DNA of 43,821 bases from Candidatus Micrarchaeaceae archaeon (GCA_038873795.1 JAVZDR010000002.1:1-43821); one strand, 5' to 3'; shown: positions 1 to 8,208, counted from the first letter of the stretch. Translations and numbers: made by a program. The notes: generated by a model not told the origin, from the sequence alone.

Positions 1-177
1 CCCTTCCTTCTCTCTAGCTCCAACGAAAGTTATTATTGCTGTGCTATAGACATGGCTCTCCAACTCATCAAGAAGCCTGTCAAGCGATGGCTTTGTTTCA
101 TGTATGAACCTCCGTTGGTCAATCGCCGCCGCTCTATAGTCACGCTCGGTAAAACCTTTCCCTTCTTGTCCTCGCAT
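1..177 (-). CDS. hypothetical protein, N-terminal part only (runs off window start)
   Basis: ATG at 177 lies 4 nt after the rpoL-like stop (TGAtaaaATG on the minus strand). 59 codons stay open to the window edge (MRGQEGKGFTERDYRAAAIDQRRFIHE...). Absent from the ORF track because it is truncated. No family recognised. Confidence 0.35.
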   Translation of the reverse strand, partial: MRGQEGKGFTERDYRAAAIDQRRFIHETKPSLDRLLDELESHVYSTAIITFVGAREKEG

Positions 178-181
178 TTTA

Positions 182-454
182 TCATTTTAACTTTCCTTTG
201 ATCTCATTCTGGAATTCCTTAATATCCTCTTCAACTTCCTCTACGGCCTTTGCGACAAGGCCTTTCGGATTTCTTGCCGCCTTGACTACGAGCCTCGTCG
301 CAGCGCTTTCTGGATGCTCCTTGACAACAGATGCAAAGTCAACGCTCTTGTTGCTAAGCAGCTTGTCTTTCACCAGCTCGAGGATGCCGCGGTCCATGCC
401 AGTCACTTCAGCCACAAAGCTTCCAGATTCGTCCTCTATTACAGTCATCTCCAT
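182..454 (-). CDS. rpoL: DNA-directed RNA polymerase subunit L (Rpo11)
   Basis: MEMTVIEDESGSFVAEVTGMDRGILELVKDKLLSNKSVDFASVVKEHPES... matches the Rpo11 pattern (E.EGEDHTL.N.L...L.....V.FA.Y...HP). The ATG at 454 follows GGTGG plus 4 nt. The longer track ORF (to 505) has no SD. Confidence 0.8.
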   Translation of the reverse strand: MEMTVIEDESGSFVAEVTGMDRGILELVKDKLLSNKSVDFASVVKEHPESAATRLVVKAARNPKGLVAKAVEEVEEDIKEFQNEIKGKLK

Positions 455-526
455 AAAGCCACCATAAGCATTTAAGTACTTTGTGCACATACTACTAACA
501 AGCATTCTACTGATTCAGTTGGTGCT

Positions 527-538
527 ATTTATTATAAA
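527..538 (+). promoter_or_regulatory. TATA-like box upstream of rps19e
   Basis: The tract tatttattataaatttttt lies about 35-45 nt upstream of the GTG start at 572, in an otherwise non-coding gap. Confidence 0.35.
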
Positions 539-571
539 TTTTTTGCGCCAATAAATATAAGAGGTTATTGA

Positions 572-988
572 GTGTCTACAATCAACGATGTGGATCCGGG
601 AACGCTTATAAAGCTTGCCAGTAGCAAGCTCAAGGAAATGGGGATAGCAAAGCCATATTATGTGAATATTGTCAAGAGTGGTGCAGGCAAAGAACGCGTG
701 CCAGCAGGAGAAGACTTCTGGTATGTGAGGTGTGCTTCTATACTGCGCCAGGTATACCTGAATGGGCCGATAGGGGTTTCGAGGCTTGCCACGAGGTATG
801 GCGGCAGGAAAAGGCACACGACTAGTAGGCACCACCACCGCAAGGCTGGGAGGAGCATGATAAAAGATGCCTTTGATGCTTTGGAGAAGCTCAACTACGT
901 TAAGAAGACTCCAAAGGGCAGGGTGATAACTCCATCAGGCATGTCATTCCTAGACAAGCTGAGTAGTGAGATTGCCAAAGGTGCTTGA
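572..988 (+). CDS. rps19e: 30S ribosomal protein S19e
   Basis: The translation carries S19e signatures (PYYVNIVKSGAGKERVP..DFWYVRCASILRQVYLNGPIGVSRLATRYGG). GTG start follows GAGGT plus 6 nt. Confidence 0.95.
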   Translation: MSTINDVDPGTLIKLASSKLKEMGIAKPYYVNIVKSGAGKERVPAGEDFWYVRCASILRQVYLNGPIGVSRLATRYGGRKRHTTSRHHHRKAGRSMIKDAFDALEKLNYVKKTPKGRVITPSGMSFLDKLSSEIAKGA

Positions 989-1291
989 TTGACGGAAGGG
1001 CAAGACGAAGAGGAGAGGTATAGGAAAGCACTGGCGAAGAGGATTAAGGAAGCTCAGATAGAGCAGCAGCGCGCCGCACTGCTCAGGAAGTATCTTACTC
1101 CAAGCGCATATGAAAGGATAATGAATGTAAGAGTTTCAAATTATGATTTGTACCTGCAGGCCACCGAAGTAATATTTGCGATGATACAGAGTGGCAGGTT
1201 GGCTTCGAAGATGACTGAAGAGCAGCTCCTTTCAGTGCTTTCAAGATTCACCTCGAGGAGTGAGCCTACGATTGAATTCAGGCGCAAATAG
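989..1291 (+). CDS. PDCD5/TFAR19-family dsDNA-binding protein
   Basis: LLRKYLTPSAYERIMNVRVSNYDLYLQATEVIFAMIQSGRL...QLLSVL is typical of the archaeal PDCD5-like family. It holds the conserved position between rps19e and rpl39e. TTG start follows AGGTG plus 5 nt. Confidence 0.85.
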   Translation: MTEGQDEEERYRKALAKRIKEAQIEQQRAALLRKYLTPSAYERIMNVRVSNYDLYLQATEVIFAMIQSGRLASKMTEEQLLSVLSRFTSRSEPTIEFRRK

Positions 1292-1299
1292 GCGTGTGT

Positions 1300-1458
1300 A
1301 TGAGCAAGAAGAGTATGCAAAAAAAGATGATCTTAGGCAAAAGGCTAAAGAGGTCGCGCAGGATCCCGGTCCTAGCGATTGTGCGCACGCACAGGCGCAT
1401 AGAATACAATAAATTCAGGCGCGAATGGCGAAGGAACAAGATGAGGATAAAAGCATAA
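1300..1458 (+). CDS. rpl39e: 50S ribosomal protein L39e
   Basis: Not in the ORF track (52 aa). My translation is MSKKSMQKKMILGKRLKRSRRIPVLAIVRTHRRIEYNKFRREWRRNKMRIKA, which fits the L39e pattern (LAKA.KQNRR.P.W....T.RR..YN.KRR.WRR.KL). It sits in the conserved rpl39e-rpl31e position. Confidence 0.9.
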   Translation: MSKKSMQKKMILGKRLKRSRRIPVLAIVRTHRRIEYNKFRREWRRNKMRIKA

Positions 1459-1467
1459 GGTGTCTTA

Positions 1468-1803
1468 TTGGACAATTTTGTTGCAAATATTAATCTTGGA
1501 AAGAAGCTGAATGCCGCAAGCAGGAGGAGGCTGGTCAAGAAGGTCTCTAAATACATGCGGCAAGAAGTCGCAAGGTTCGCCAAGGCAAAGGAATCGGAAA
1601 TAAAGATAGACCAGAGGCTCAATGAATTTTTGATAAAGAATGCAGGCAGCATAAGGCGTATCAAAGTAAGTGTTAAAAGAAATGGTGCATTTTTCATGGT
1701 GAGTGCCGAGGCCAAGCAGGGCGCAAAAGCAGGTTCCATGCAGCCAACGGCGCAGACTGGCAAGAACGAAAAACATGAGGCACCACCTCAGAAGTCAAAG
1801 TAG
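1468..1803 (+). CDS. rpl31e: 50S ribosomal protein L31e
   Basis: The translation is L31e-like (RRRLVKKVSKYMRQEVARFAKAKESEIKIDQRLNEFLIKNAGSIRRIKVSV). TTG start follows AGGTG plus 5 nt. Synteny fits. Confidence 0.85.
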   Translation: MDNFVANINLGKKLNAASRRRLVKKVSKYMRQEVARFAKAKESEIKIDQRLNEFLIKNAGSIRRIKVSVKRNGAFFMVSAEAKQGAKAGSMQPTAQTGKNEKHEAPPQKSK

Positions 1804-1810
1804 ACTGATT

Positions 1811-2491
1811 ATGGGAATTATAAGGGCAGAGATACTGGGCAACGACTATATAGGTGCATTCGGGGTAGCCACTGACGAATTCACATTGATTGGAAATGTG
1901 CTGAGCGAGAAGCGCAAAGAGATACTTGGCAGGGCGCTTGAAACACCGCTAATAACCGCAAGCATAGACGGCTCATATCTTATCGGCGTATATGCTGTGG
2001 CGAATTCAAGCGGCGTTTTGCTCCCAAAGGCAACCAGTGATCTTGAGCTAAAATCCATAAAAAAGGAGTTAGAGGAAATAAATGGCGCGAGAGTAGCAAG
2101 ACTCGATACAGACCTCAATGCTCTGGGCAACAACATCTCTACCAACAACAAAATAGCATTTATAAATCCAAGCTATAGCCATAAAGAGACGAAATTAATA
2201 GCCGATATACTTGACGTAGAGGTAATAAAAATGCGAATAGCAGGCTACTCTACAATCGGCGCGGTTAGCATAATGACAAATAAAGGCATAGCTATAACCA
2301 ATAGGAGCAGTGAAGCAGACAAAATCAGGATCGAAAAAGCCGCAGGACTTTCTGCAGAGTATGCTACTGCGAATTTCGGCTCTGCATACCTTGGCCTTGC
2401 CATCATTGCCAATTCAAAAGGTATGATGGTGGGAAGCTCGACGAGTGGCTTCGAGCTTGCCCAGATATCGAATGCGCTGGGGTTGGAGTGA
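1811..2491 (+). CDS. eif6: translation initiation factor 6 (aIF6)
   Basis: MGIIRAEILGNDYIGAFGVATDEFTLIG...GSYLIGVYAVANSSGVLLP...STIGAVSIMTNKGIAI...LGLAIIANSKGMMVG shows the pentein repeat pattern of aIF6. I chose the ATG at 1811 because the track start at 1703 overlaps rpl31e. Confidence 0.92.
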   Translation: MGIIRAEILGNDYIGAFGVATDEFTLIGNVLSEKRKEILGRALETPLITASIDGSYLIGVYAVANSSGVLLPKATSDLELKSIKKELEEINGARVARLDTDLNALGNNISTNNKIAFINPSYSHKETKLIADILDVEVIKMRIAGYSTIGAVSIMTNKGIAITNRSSEADKIRIEKAAGLSAEYATANFGSAYLGLAIIANSKGMMVGSSTSGFELAQISNALGLE

Positions 2492-2495
2492 TAAA

Positions 2496-2915
2496 ATGGC
2501 TGAGGGAGAAGAAAACGAAGCAGAGGAGCTTAGATTCCTGCAGCAGCTGTATGAGGAAAATTACAAGGAGCTTTCTGAAATAATCTCAAATTCGATCTCG
2601 ACATCAAACATGATGAGCGCAAACATAGAGGTGCTCTCAAAGATCGACGAAATAAAATCTAATACCTTACTGCTAAATCTAGGTGCTGGGACGTATGTAG
2701 AGGTTAAGATGGCTGGCAATGGGAAAATAATGACGTATGTTGGTGCGGGATACATTGTCGAAAAAAGCGCCGAAGATGCAAAAAATTTCCTTGAGGAAAA
2801 CCGCAGCAAGACTTTAGATTTCATAAAGAAGATCGACGATGAAAGAAAGCAGGTGGAAGATGCGCTGCTTGAGATATCATATAGGCTTGGGGCCATGGAT
2901 GCCAAGGGCAATTAG
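2496..2915 (+). CDS. pfdA: prefoldin alpha subunit
   Basis: Coiled coil, then beta hairpins (LLLNLGAGTYVEVKM...IMTYVGAGYIVEKSAEDAKNFLEE), then coiled coil. ATG follows GGAGTGA plus 4 nt. It sits in the conserved position before ftsY. Confidence 0.8.
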   Translation: MAEGEENEAEELRFLQQLYEENYKELSEIISNSISTSNMMSANIEVLSKIDEIKSNTLLLNLGAGTYVEVKMAGNGKIMTYVGAGYIVEKSAEDAKNFLEENRSKTLDFIKKIDDERKQVEDALLEISYRLGAMDAKGN

Positions 2916-4010
2916 ATGTTTGAAAATCTTAAGAAAAAAATATCAGGGTTTATAGGGTCATTCTCTGCAAACGAAAAAGAGAAGATAGAAGCCGAGGCAG
3001 CGGCATCCGAGGTGGCTGCGCGAGAAGCGCCAAAAGGGGTGCGCAACGAAGAGGGAGCACCAGAAAGCAAGGGGAAGCCAACACAGCCTAATGAAGGAAA
3101 GCAGACCTTGCAACCCAAAATTTCAATGGCAACAAAACTAAAAGGAGCGTTCTTCAAAACAGTCGAGCTTAAAGACGCAGATGTTGATTCATTTATCGAC
3201 CAATTCAAACTTATCCTGTTAAAGTCAGATGTTGCATATGAAACAACTGATCATTTTGCTGAAACATTGAGAAAACGCCTCGTTGGAATGCGTGTGGATT
3301 CAAGAAGCATCGATGCAGAGATAAGGAATTCCGCAAAGGCTGCAATGCTTGATATACTCAACAAAGGCGCTGATTACGACCTTATCGAGTCTGCAAAGGC
3401 AAAAATAAGGGCTGACGGCAGGCCCTTCAAGATGCTTTTCGTTGGCCCAAACGGCGCTGGCAAGACCACAACAATAGCCAAAATCGCAAAGCTCTTCATA
3501 AACGAAGGGCTTTCATGCATAATCGCTGCATCAGATACATTTAGGGCCGCGGCGATAGAGCAGACAGCAATGCACGCAGAGAAGCTAGGGATAGAAGTTG
3601 TGAAGAGTAGCTACGGCGCAGACCCGGCAAGTGTTGCATTTGACGCAATAGCCCATGCACGGGCAAAGGGCATTGACATAGTGCTGATAGACAGTGCAGG
3701 CAGGCAGGAGACGAATAAAAGCTTGATCGAAGAAATGAAGAAGATGGCAAGAGTCGCAAAGCCTGATATGAAAGTATTTGTCGGCGAAGGTATAGCAGGA
3801 AATGCCTTGCTTGAGCAGGTCAGGCAGTTTAACGAAGCGATTAAATTGGATGGGATAATATTGACGAAGCTTGATGTCGATGCAAAAGGCGGAAATACAT
3901 TATCTATACTGAGCGAAACGAGCATACCAATCTTGTTCTTTGGCACAGGCGAAAAATACGAAGACCTGGTAAAATACAAGCCTGAAATAATAGCAGATAG
4001 CATCTTTTAG
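2916..4010 (+). CDS. ftsY: signal recognition particle receptor FtsY
   Basis: The SRP GTPase NG domain is present: GPNGAGKTTTIAKIA, DTFRAAAIEQ, DSAGRQ, TKLDVDAKGG. An acidic/lysine-rich N-terminal region precedes it. Confidence 0.95.
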   Translation: MFENLKKKISGFIGSFSANEKEKIEAEAAASEVAAREAPKGVRNEEGAPESKGKPTQPNEGKQTLQPKISMATKLKGAFFKTVELKDADVDSFIDQFKLILLKSDVAYETTDHFAETLRKRLVGMRVDSRSIDAEIRNSAKAAMLDILNKGADYDLIESAKAKIRADGRPFKMLFVGPNGAGKTTTIAKIAKLFINEGLSCIIAASDTFRAAAIEQTAMHAEKLGIEVVKSSYGADPASVAFDAIAHARAKGIDIVLIDSAGRQETNKSLIEEMKKMARVAKPDMKVFVGEGIAGNALLEQVRQFNEAIKLDGIILTKLDVDAKGGNTLSILSETSIPILFFGTGEKYEDLVKYKPEIIADSIF

Positions 4011-4060
4011 CAGCTTGTAGGTGAACTACTCGCTTACGGATAGGCTTCCTGCCTGATGAG

Positions 4061-4792
4061 CTAAACGGCTGTCACACTCCCACTGCCAGAAGCTACAGCA
4101 ATCACAGTGGGCGATGTCGTTGAGTTGAGCAGTATATTGCCTGTGGTTGACCAGCCTCCAAATGCAGTTCCTTGTGGGACTGCTGCATACAAATAATAAT
4201 TCTTGCCCGTTACGAAATAAAATAGGGAGCTCTGCGGGACGCTTTCTCCATTCACCATGATAGTTATGCCATTTGTAGGTATCAAATTCACTGAGGCCAC
4301 TACTTGCCTGTATGCTGATACGCTCACACTGCCGAACCCTGTGGAGTTGTATGGTCCAGTGCACTTTCCGCCATAGCATGTATTGTAAGTCATTGTGTAG
4401 CTAGGCGTCGCCTGCGAACCTATGGGAAGCAGATAGCCATTGGCTACAACTCTGCACACCACTGTTGCGCCATTGGGTGCATTTGTCGGAAGGCAGTTTC
4501 CAGAGAATGTCGCACTTGCCATTGCTGGTGTTAGTGTTATCGAGTTTGCCTGAAACTGCATAGTAGCGCCTATGTTGTTTGAGAAAATAATGATGAATGT
4601 TGAGGCAGAGGAATTGCTCATTAGCGCAATCGCATAACATGCAAGGTTTGGCGCTATATAGCACGATGAAGGGACAAAGCCTATTGGATTCTTTATGCTT
4701 AGGAAAGCTGAAACCACAACTATGAAGATCGCTATGATTATGAATACCCAAGCATACGTCGTCAAGAATTCAACAGCAGACTGCAGCCGCAT
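4061..4792 (-). CDS. class III signal peptide protein (archaeal type IV pilin-like)
   Basis: The N-terminus MRLQSAVEFLTTYAWVFIIIAIFIVVVSAF has the Q-S-A-x-E-[FY]-L prepilin-type motif followed by a hydrophobic helix. The C-terminal domain is Ser/Thr/Asn-rich. I preferred the ATG at 4792, which follows GGTG. The track ORF begins at TTG 4807. Confidence 0.65.
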   Translation of the reverse strand: MRLQSAVEFLTTYAWVFIIIAIFIVVVSAFLSIKNPIGFVPSSCYIAPNLACYAIALMSNSSASTFIIIFSNNIGATMQFQANSITLTPAMASATFSGNCLPTNAPNGATVVCRVVANGYLLPIGSQATPSYTMTYNTCYGGKCTGPYNSTGFGSVSVSAYRQVVASVNLIPTNGITIMVNGESVPQSSLFYFVTGKNYYLYAAVPQGTAFGGWSTTGNILLNSTTSPTVIAVASGSGSVTAV

Positions 4793-4833
4793 CCACACCA
4801 CTTGCAATATAGATAGAGAAAGTGAACTCTAAA

Positions 4834-5862
4834 TTACTTTTGTATTTCGAAATCTATTACAATCTCAATCTCTGTTGACGAATACGGCCTAACTACCCTG
4901 CTGCCCAATATGGTCACACCGCAGTTCAATTTTGAAAAGAAATCAGTTATCTTTTTTATATTCTGAATGACAGCTTCATTGGCTTTGCCAAACGCATAGT
5001 AATGCACAGTTGCCTTCTCCTTTGCAACTTCGAATGCGCTGTACAGAAATTCGTGCGAGGTTTTGGGCAGAGGCATAATTATCCTATCTGCAAATCCCCT
5101 ATAGTCTTTAGAAACCTTCCCGACGTCGCCATGGACTGCGGTGACGTTTGTCAGTCTGTTGATTGCTATGTTTTCGCATAGGTATTCATAAGCTGCCCTG
5201 TTTAGCTCTATAGCAACCACAGTTGAATGCCTATGCGCCTTTGCTATCTCGATGGCGAATGGCCCCACCCCGGCAAACATCACAACAACATTCTCATAAT
5301 CTCTTGCGCTTCTTGTTATCCTGGCGCGCTCGTATGCGAGCCTTGTCGAGAAGAAGGTTTCCCTAACGTCAAATTTGAATGTTGCGCCATTTTCCTTATA
5401 AACAGCCACATAATTCTTCTTACCAAGCACATATGCGTAAGACCTCTTCCTGTACCTGCCTCTCACCGCGCTATTTTTCATAAGCACAGTCTCAACATTC
5501 TTGTTTGTCAACATTATGGCTTTGGCGATGGCTAGCGCATCGCTCTTGCGGTTTTTATCTATTGTTGCGATGTTCCCTACAATGTCATAGCTCTTTGCCA
5601 TGCGCTTGTATCTTCTTGCGCCGACTAGGCTAAGTAGCACGCTCCTATAATTCTTGCTGCTGCTTTTTTCCAGTTTCACGTCTGCAACTACAGCGCCATT
5701 GCTCCTCAGCCATCTTATCTCTGCGGCTTTGCATTCCTTCATAGGAAAATATATAAATGAGTTGCTTTTAAATACTCTATAAGATCTATCGAAGATTCTG
5801 TGCCTCAGCAAATACCTTTTAATCTTCTCTGCGTTCTTTCTATGTGTTTTTATTGCTTTCAT
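4834..5862 (-). CDS. trm5: tRNA (guanine37-N1)-methyltransferase Trm5 / Taw22-like (Met-10+ family)
   Basis: The class I SAM methyltransferase core has MFAGVGPFAIEIAK and the Met-10+ style C-terminal region. The N-terminal D1-like domain is present. Confidence 0.85.
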   Translation of the reverse strand: MKAIKTHRKNAEKIKRYLLRHRIFDRSYRVFKSNSFIYFPMKECKAAEIRWLRSNGAVVADVKLEKSSSKNYRSVLLSLVGARRYKRMAKSYDIVGNIATIDKNRKSDALAIAKAIMLTNKNVETVLMKNSAVRGRYRKRSYAYVLGKKNYVAVYKENGATFKFDVRETFFSTRLAYERARITRSARDYENVVVMFAGVGPFAIEIAKAHRHSTVVAIELNRAAYEYLCENIAINRLTNVTAVHGDVGKVSKDYRGFADRIIMPLPKTSHEFLYSAFEVAKEKATVHYYAFGKANEAVIQNIKKITDFFSKLNCGVTILGSRVVRPYSSTEIEIVIDFEIQK

Positions 5863-5901
5863 GGTAATATATTATATTAAAAATATATAAACGGTGATTT
5901 T

Positions 5902-6342
5902 GCGTTCTTCGTTGTCAGGGTAACATCAAGCCAGGAAAAGATAACTGCAGACATACTACAAAACAAGGTATCAAAGACCAATATTCCAGTTTATGCCATA
6001 GTGATAGCAGAAGGGATGCGTGGCTACCTTATACTCGAAGCGGAAAGTGACGGCGCTGTCAGGGAATTAATAACAGGCGAGCCCCACATAAAGGGCATGC
6101 TGCCAACCCCACTAAGCCCTGAAGAACTAGACAAGATGATAGAAATAAAGAAATATACGCAAGAGATAAAGGTAAATGATATAGTTGAATTTTCGTCTGG
6201 GCCATTCAAGGGTTACAAGGCAAAAGTAATGCGCGTTGACCCTGCCAAAGACGAAATAACCGTGGAATTAATGGATGTTGTAGTGCCAATCCCTGTAACG
6301 ACAAAGTCGAATCTTGCCAGGGTTGTGCAGAAGGCTGAATAA
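5902..6342 (+). CDS. spt5: transcription elongation factor Spt5 (NusG), start codon unresolved
   Basis: The NGN domain (FFVVRVTSSQEKITADIL...GYLILEAES...IKGML) plus KOW (GPFKGYKAKVMRVD) is in frame from 5881. The track start (GTG 6001) would delete NGN strand beta1. An SD, GGTGA, sits at 5893-5897, and the in-frame codon at the expected start position (5902) is GCG. See findings. Confidence 0.85.
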   Translation, partial: AFFVVRVTSSQEKITADILQNKVSKTNIPVYAIVIAEGMRGYLILEAESDGAVRELITGEPHIKGMLPTPLSPEELDKMIEIKKYTQEIKVNDIVEFSSGPFKGYKAKVMRVDPAKDEITVELMDVVVPIPVTTKSNLARVVQKAE

Positions 6343-6353
6343 ATGGTGGAAAT

Positions 6354-6821
6354 ATGTCTGAAATGGTTATAGCCGGACTTATAGAAGGAGGCAAGGCCTC
6401 AGGTGGACCGCCTTTCGGGCCAGCACTCGGGCCGCTTGGCGTGAACGTGAATGAAATAGTAAATGAGATAAACAAGAAAACGAAGGCATTTGAGGGCATA
6501 AAGGTACCCGTCAAAGTAATTGTTGACACGGCAACAAAAAAGTACGAAATCGAAGTCGGCGCACCCCAGACAAGCGCATTAATACTCAAGGAACTGGGCC
6601 TGCAGAAAGGTTCCGGGAAGAAGGAGGAGGTAGCGGGCAACATAACCTTGGAGCAGGTTAAGGGCATAGCCAAATCAAAGGAAGCCCTTCTTTATGGGAA
6701 CACCTTCGCCGACAAAGTAAAGCAGGTCCTAGGAACGTGCAAAAGTATGAATATAACAGTAGAGGGCAAGGATGCAAGGGAAATCATAAAGCAGATAGAT
6801 GAAAACGCAATCGCATTATAG
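6354..6821 (+). CDS. rpl11: 50S ribosomal protein L11
   Basis: GGKASGGPPFGPALGPLGVNVNEIVNEINKKT is the L11 N-terminal signature. ATG follows GGTGG. The spt5-rpl11 synteny is conserved. Confidence 0.95.
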   Translation: MSEMVIAGLIEGGKASGGPPFGPALGPLGVNVNEIVNEINKKTKAFEGIKVPVKVIVDTATKKYEIEVGAPQTSALILKELGLQKGSGKKEEVAGNITLEQVKGIAKSKEALLYGNTFADKVKQVLGTCKSMNITVEGKDAREIIKQIDENAIAL

Positions 6822-6979
6822 CGAAAGTCTCTGATTTTACACTTCTGGGCTTCTCTTCTTTTTATAAAACATCAAGCAAGCAGGCGCGGCAGAAGTCGGC
6901 CATCAATTGCATGAATCATATCGGTTGCCAAACCGCAAAGGATAATATACTTTTCTGCAGATAAAGTAGTGGCGATCGC

Positions 6980-8203
6980 ATGGGCGCAGAAACTAAGCAT
7001 GATGATTTTAAATCAGAGCTCATGGAGGTCATAAATGACAAACAGCAGTTAACATATAATGAGCTCAAGGAATTTGCCTCTTCAAGGGGCGTAGGCGAAG
7101 ATGAGCTGAAGCTTGAACTTGGCGAATTGGAATCTGTAAATGCAATCGCCTCGCGAAACAGCGGCGGCATACCAACGTATTATGTCCTACAGGAGACACC
7201 TGCGCTCAGAAGGATAATGATTGTTGAAGATGACAAAAACATCAACAAGCTAATGGCGCTTTCGATAGGCAAAGGGTTCGACATAACTCAGATCTACGAC
7301 GGCGCAGAGGCCCTCAGAAGAATAAAGATGGAGAAGCCTGATCTTATAGTATTGGACCTCATGCTTCCCAACGTAGACGGCCTAACTATCTGCCAAACAA
7401 TCAAGAAAGACCCAAACCTTAGCGACATAATAGTCATAATCGTGAGCGCAATGGACGCAACATCAAACAGATTCAAGGGCATAAAGTACGGCGCTGATTA
7501 CTATATAAAGAAGCCTTTCGATCCAGATGCTCTTCGGAGCCTCGTCACAATATTCTTGAAAAAGAAAGGCAAAAGGTTCGATCCGCTCATAGATCTGCCC
7601 AATGAGGATAAGATATCGAATGCAATAGAGAATGCTGTGAAAAGTGACCTAGAATACGAGATAGGCAAACTCAGGGTAGATGGCCTTGTAGAGTTTGCAA
7701 ATAAGTTTGGCACAGATTCAGGCATGACAATATTGAGGCTAACTTCGCAACTTCTTCAGGATAATGTTGCAGAGGTAAATGGCGGCGCATTCGTGGGCTT
7801 CCTGAACAGCGACGACTTCGTGATAGCCGGCGATAAGGAAGCGGTTGACAAAATTGTCAAAGGCATAAAGGAAGAGTTTGAAGCTGTGCTCCCATTCATA
7901 TACCAAAGCGAGGGATACAAGCCCATAGAGCTCGGGATAGAAGACATTTATGGCGCAGAGGAGCCCAAGCTGAGTCTGATTTACACCACCATAGAGAAGG
8001 ATTCGCTGATTAAAAAGAGGGCCGAAATAATAAAAAGCAAGCCTGTCAAAGACATAGGCTCCTACACTTATGAAGAGCTAAGGCGCATGCTTGGGAGTGA
8101 CAATCTCGATATAACCATAACCAGAGACCCATCAGGAGTGAAGCTTTCTATAGGCAAAGGGCCGCATAAGAGAGAGGGCGAAAACAATTCTGAAAGCAGC
8201 TGA
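6980..8203 (+). CDS. response regulator: N-terminal helical domain, CheY-like REC, degenerate GGDEF/cyclase-palm-like domain
   Basis: All REC key residues are present (E83-D84-D85, D126 in LIVLDLMLP, S156, K178-P). Residues about 200-340 align by eye to GGDEF domains: DPLIDLPN, LRVDGLVEFANKFGTDSGMTIL, FVGFLNSDDFVIAG. Confidence 0.8.
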   Translation: MGAETKHDDFKSELMEVINDKQQLTYNELKEFASSRGVGEDELKLELGELESVNAIASRNSGGIPTYYVLQETPALRRIMIVEDDKNINKLMALSIGKGFDITQIYDGAEALRRIKMEKPDLIVLDLMLPNVDGLTICQTIKKDPNLSDIIVIIVSAMDATSNRFKGIKYGADYYIKKPFDPDALRSLVTIFLKKKGKRFDPLIDLPNEDKISNAIENAVKSDLEYEIGKLRVDGLVEFANKFGTDSGMTILRLTSQLLQDNVAEVNGGAFVGFLNSDDFVIAGDKEAVDKIVKGIKEEFEAVLPFIYQSEGYKPIELGIEDIYGAEEPKLSLIYTTIEKDSLIKKRAEIIKSKPVKDIGSYTYEELRRMLGSDNLDITITRDPSGVKLSIGKGPHKREGENNSESS

Positions 8204-8208
8204 TTCTA

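Noticed and set aside
198-467. Many track ORFs lie antisense to, or out of frame with, well-supported genes. Examples: 198..467, 658..894, 1278..1763, 6206..6673, 11773..12165, 28037..28576, 29413..30003, 30811..31386, 38885..39346, 39809..40192.
   Set aside because: They overlap CDSs that have clear family signatures. Their translations are low-complexity (Ser/Leu/Pro/Cys-rich) and they lack SD motifs. They are shadow ORFs.
1703-1810. Long N-terminal extension of the eif6 ORF (track start at 1703).
   Set aside because: The extension overlaps rpl31e in another frame and is Arg/Ser-rich junk. aIF6 homology begins at MGIIRAEILG (ATG 1811).
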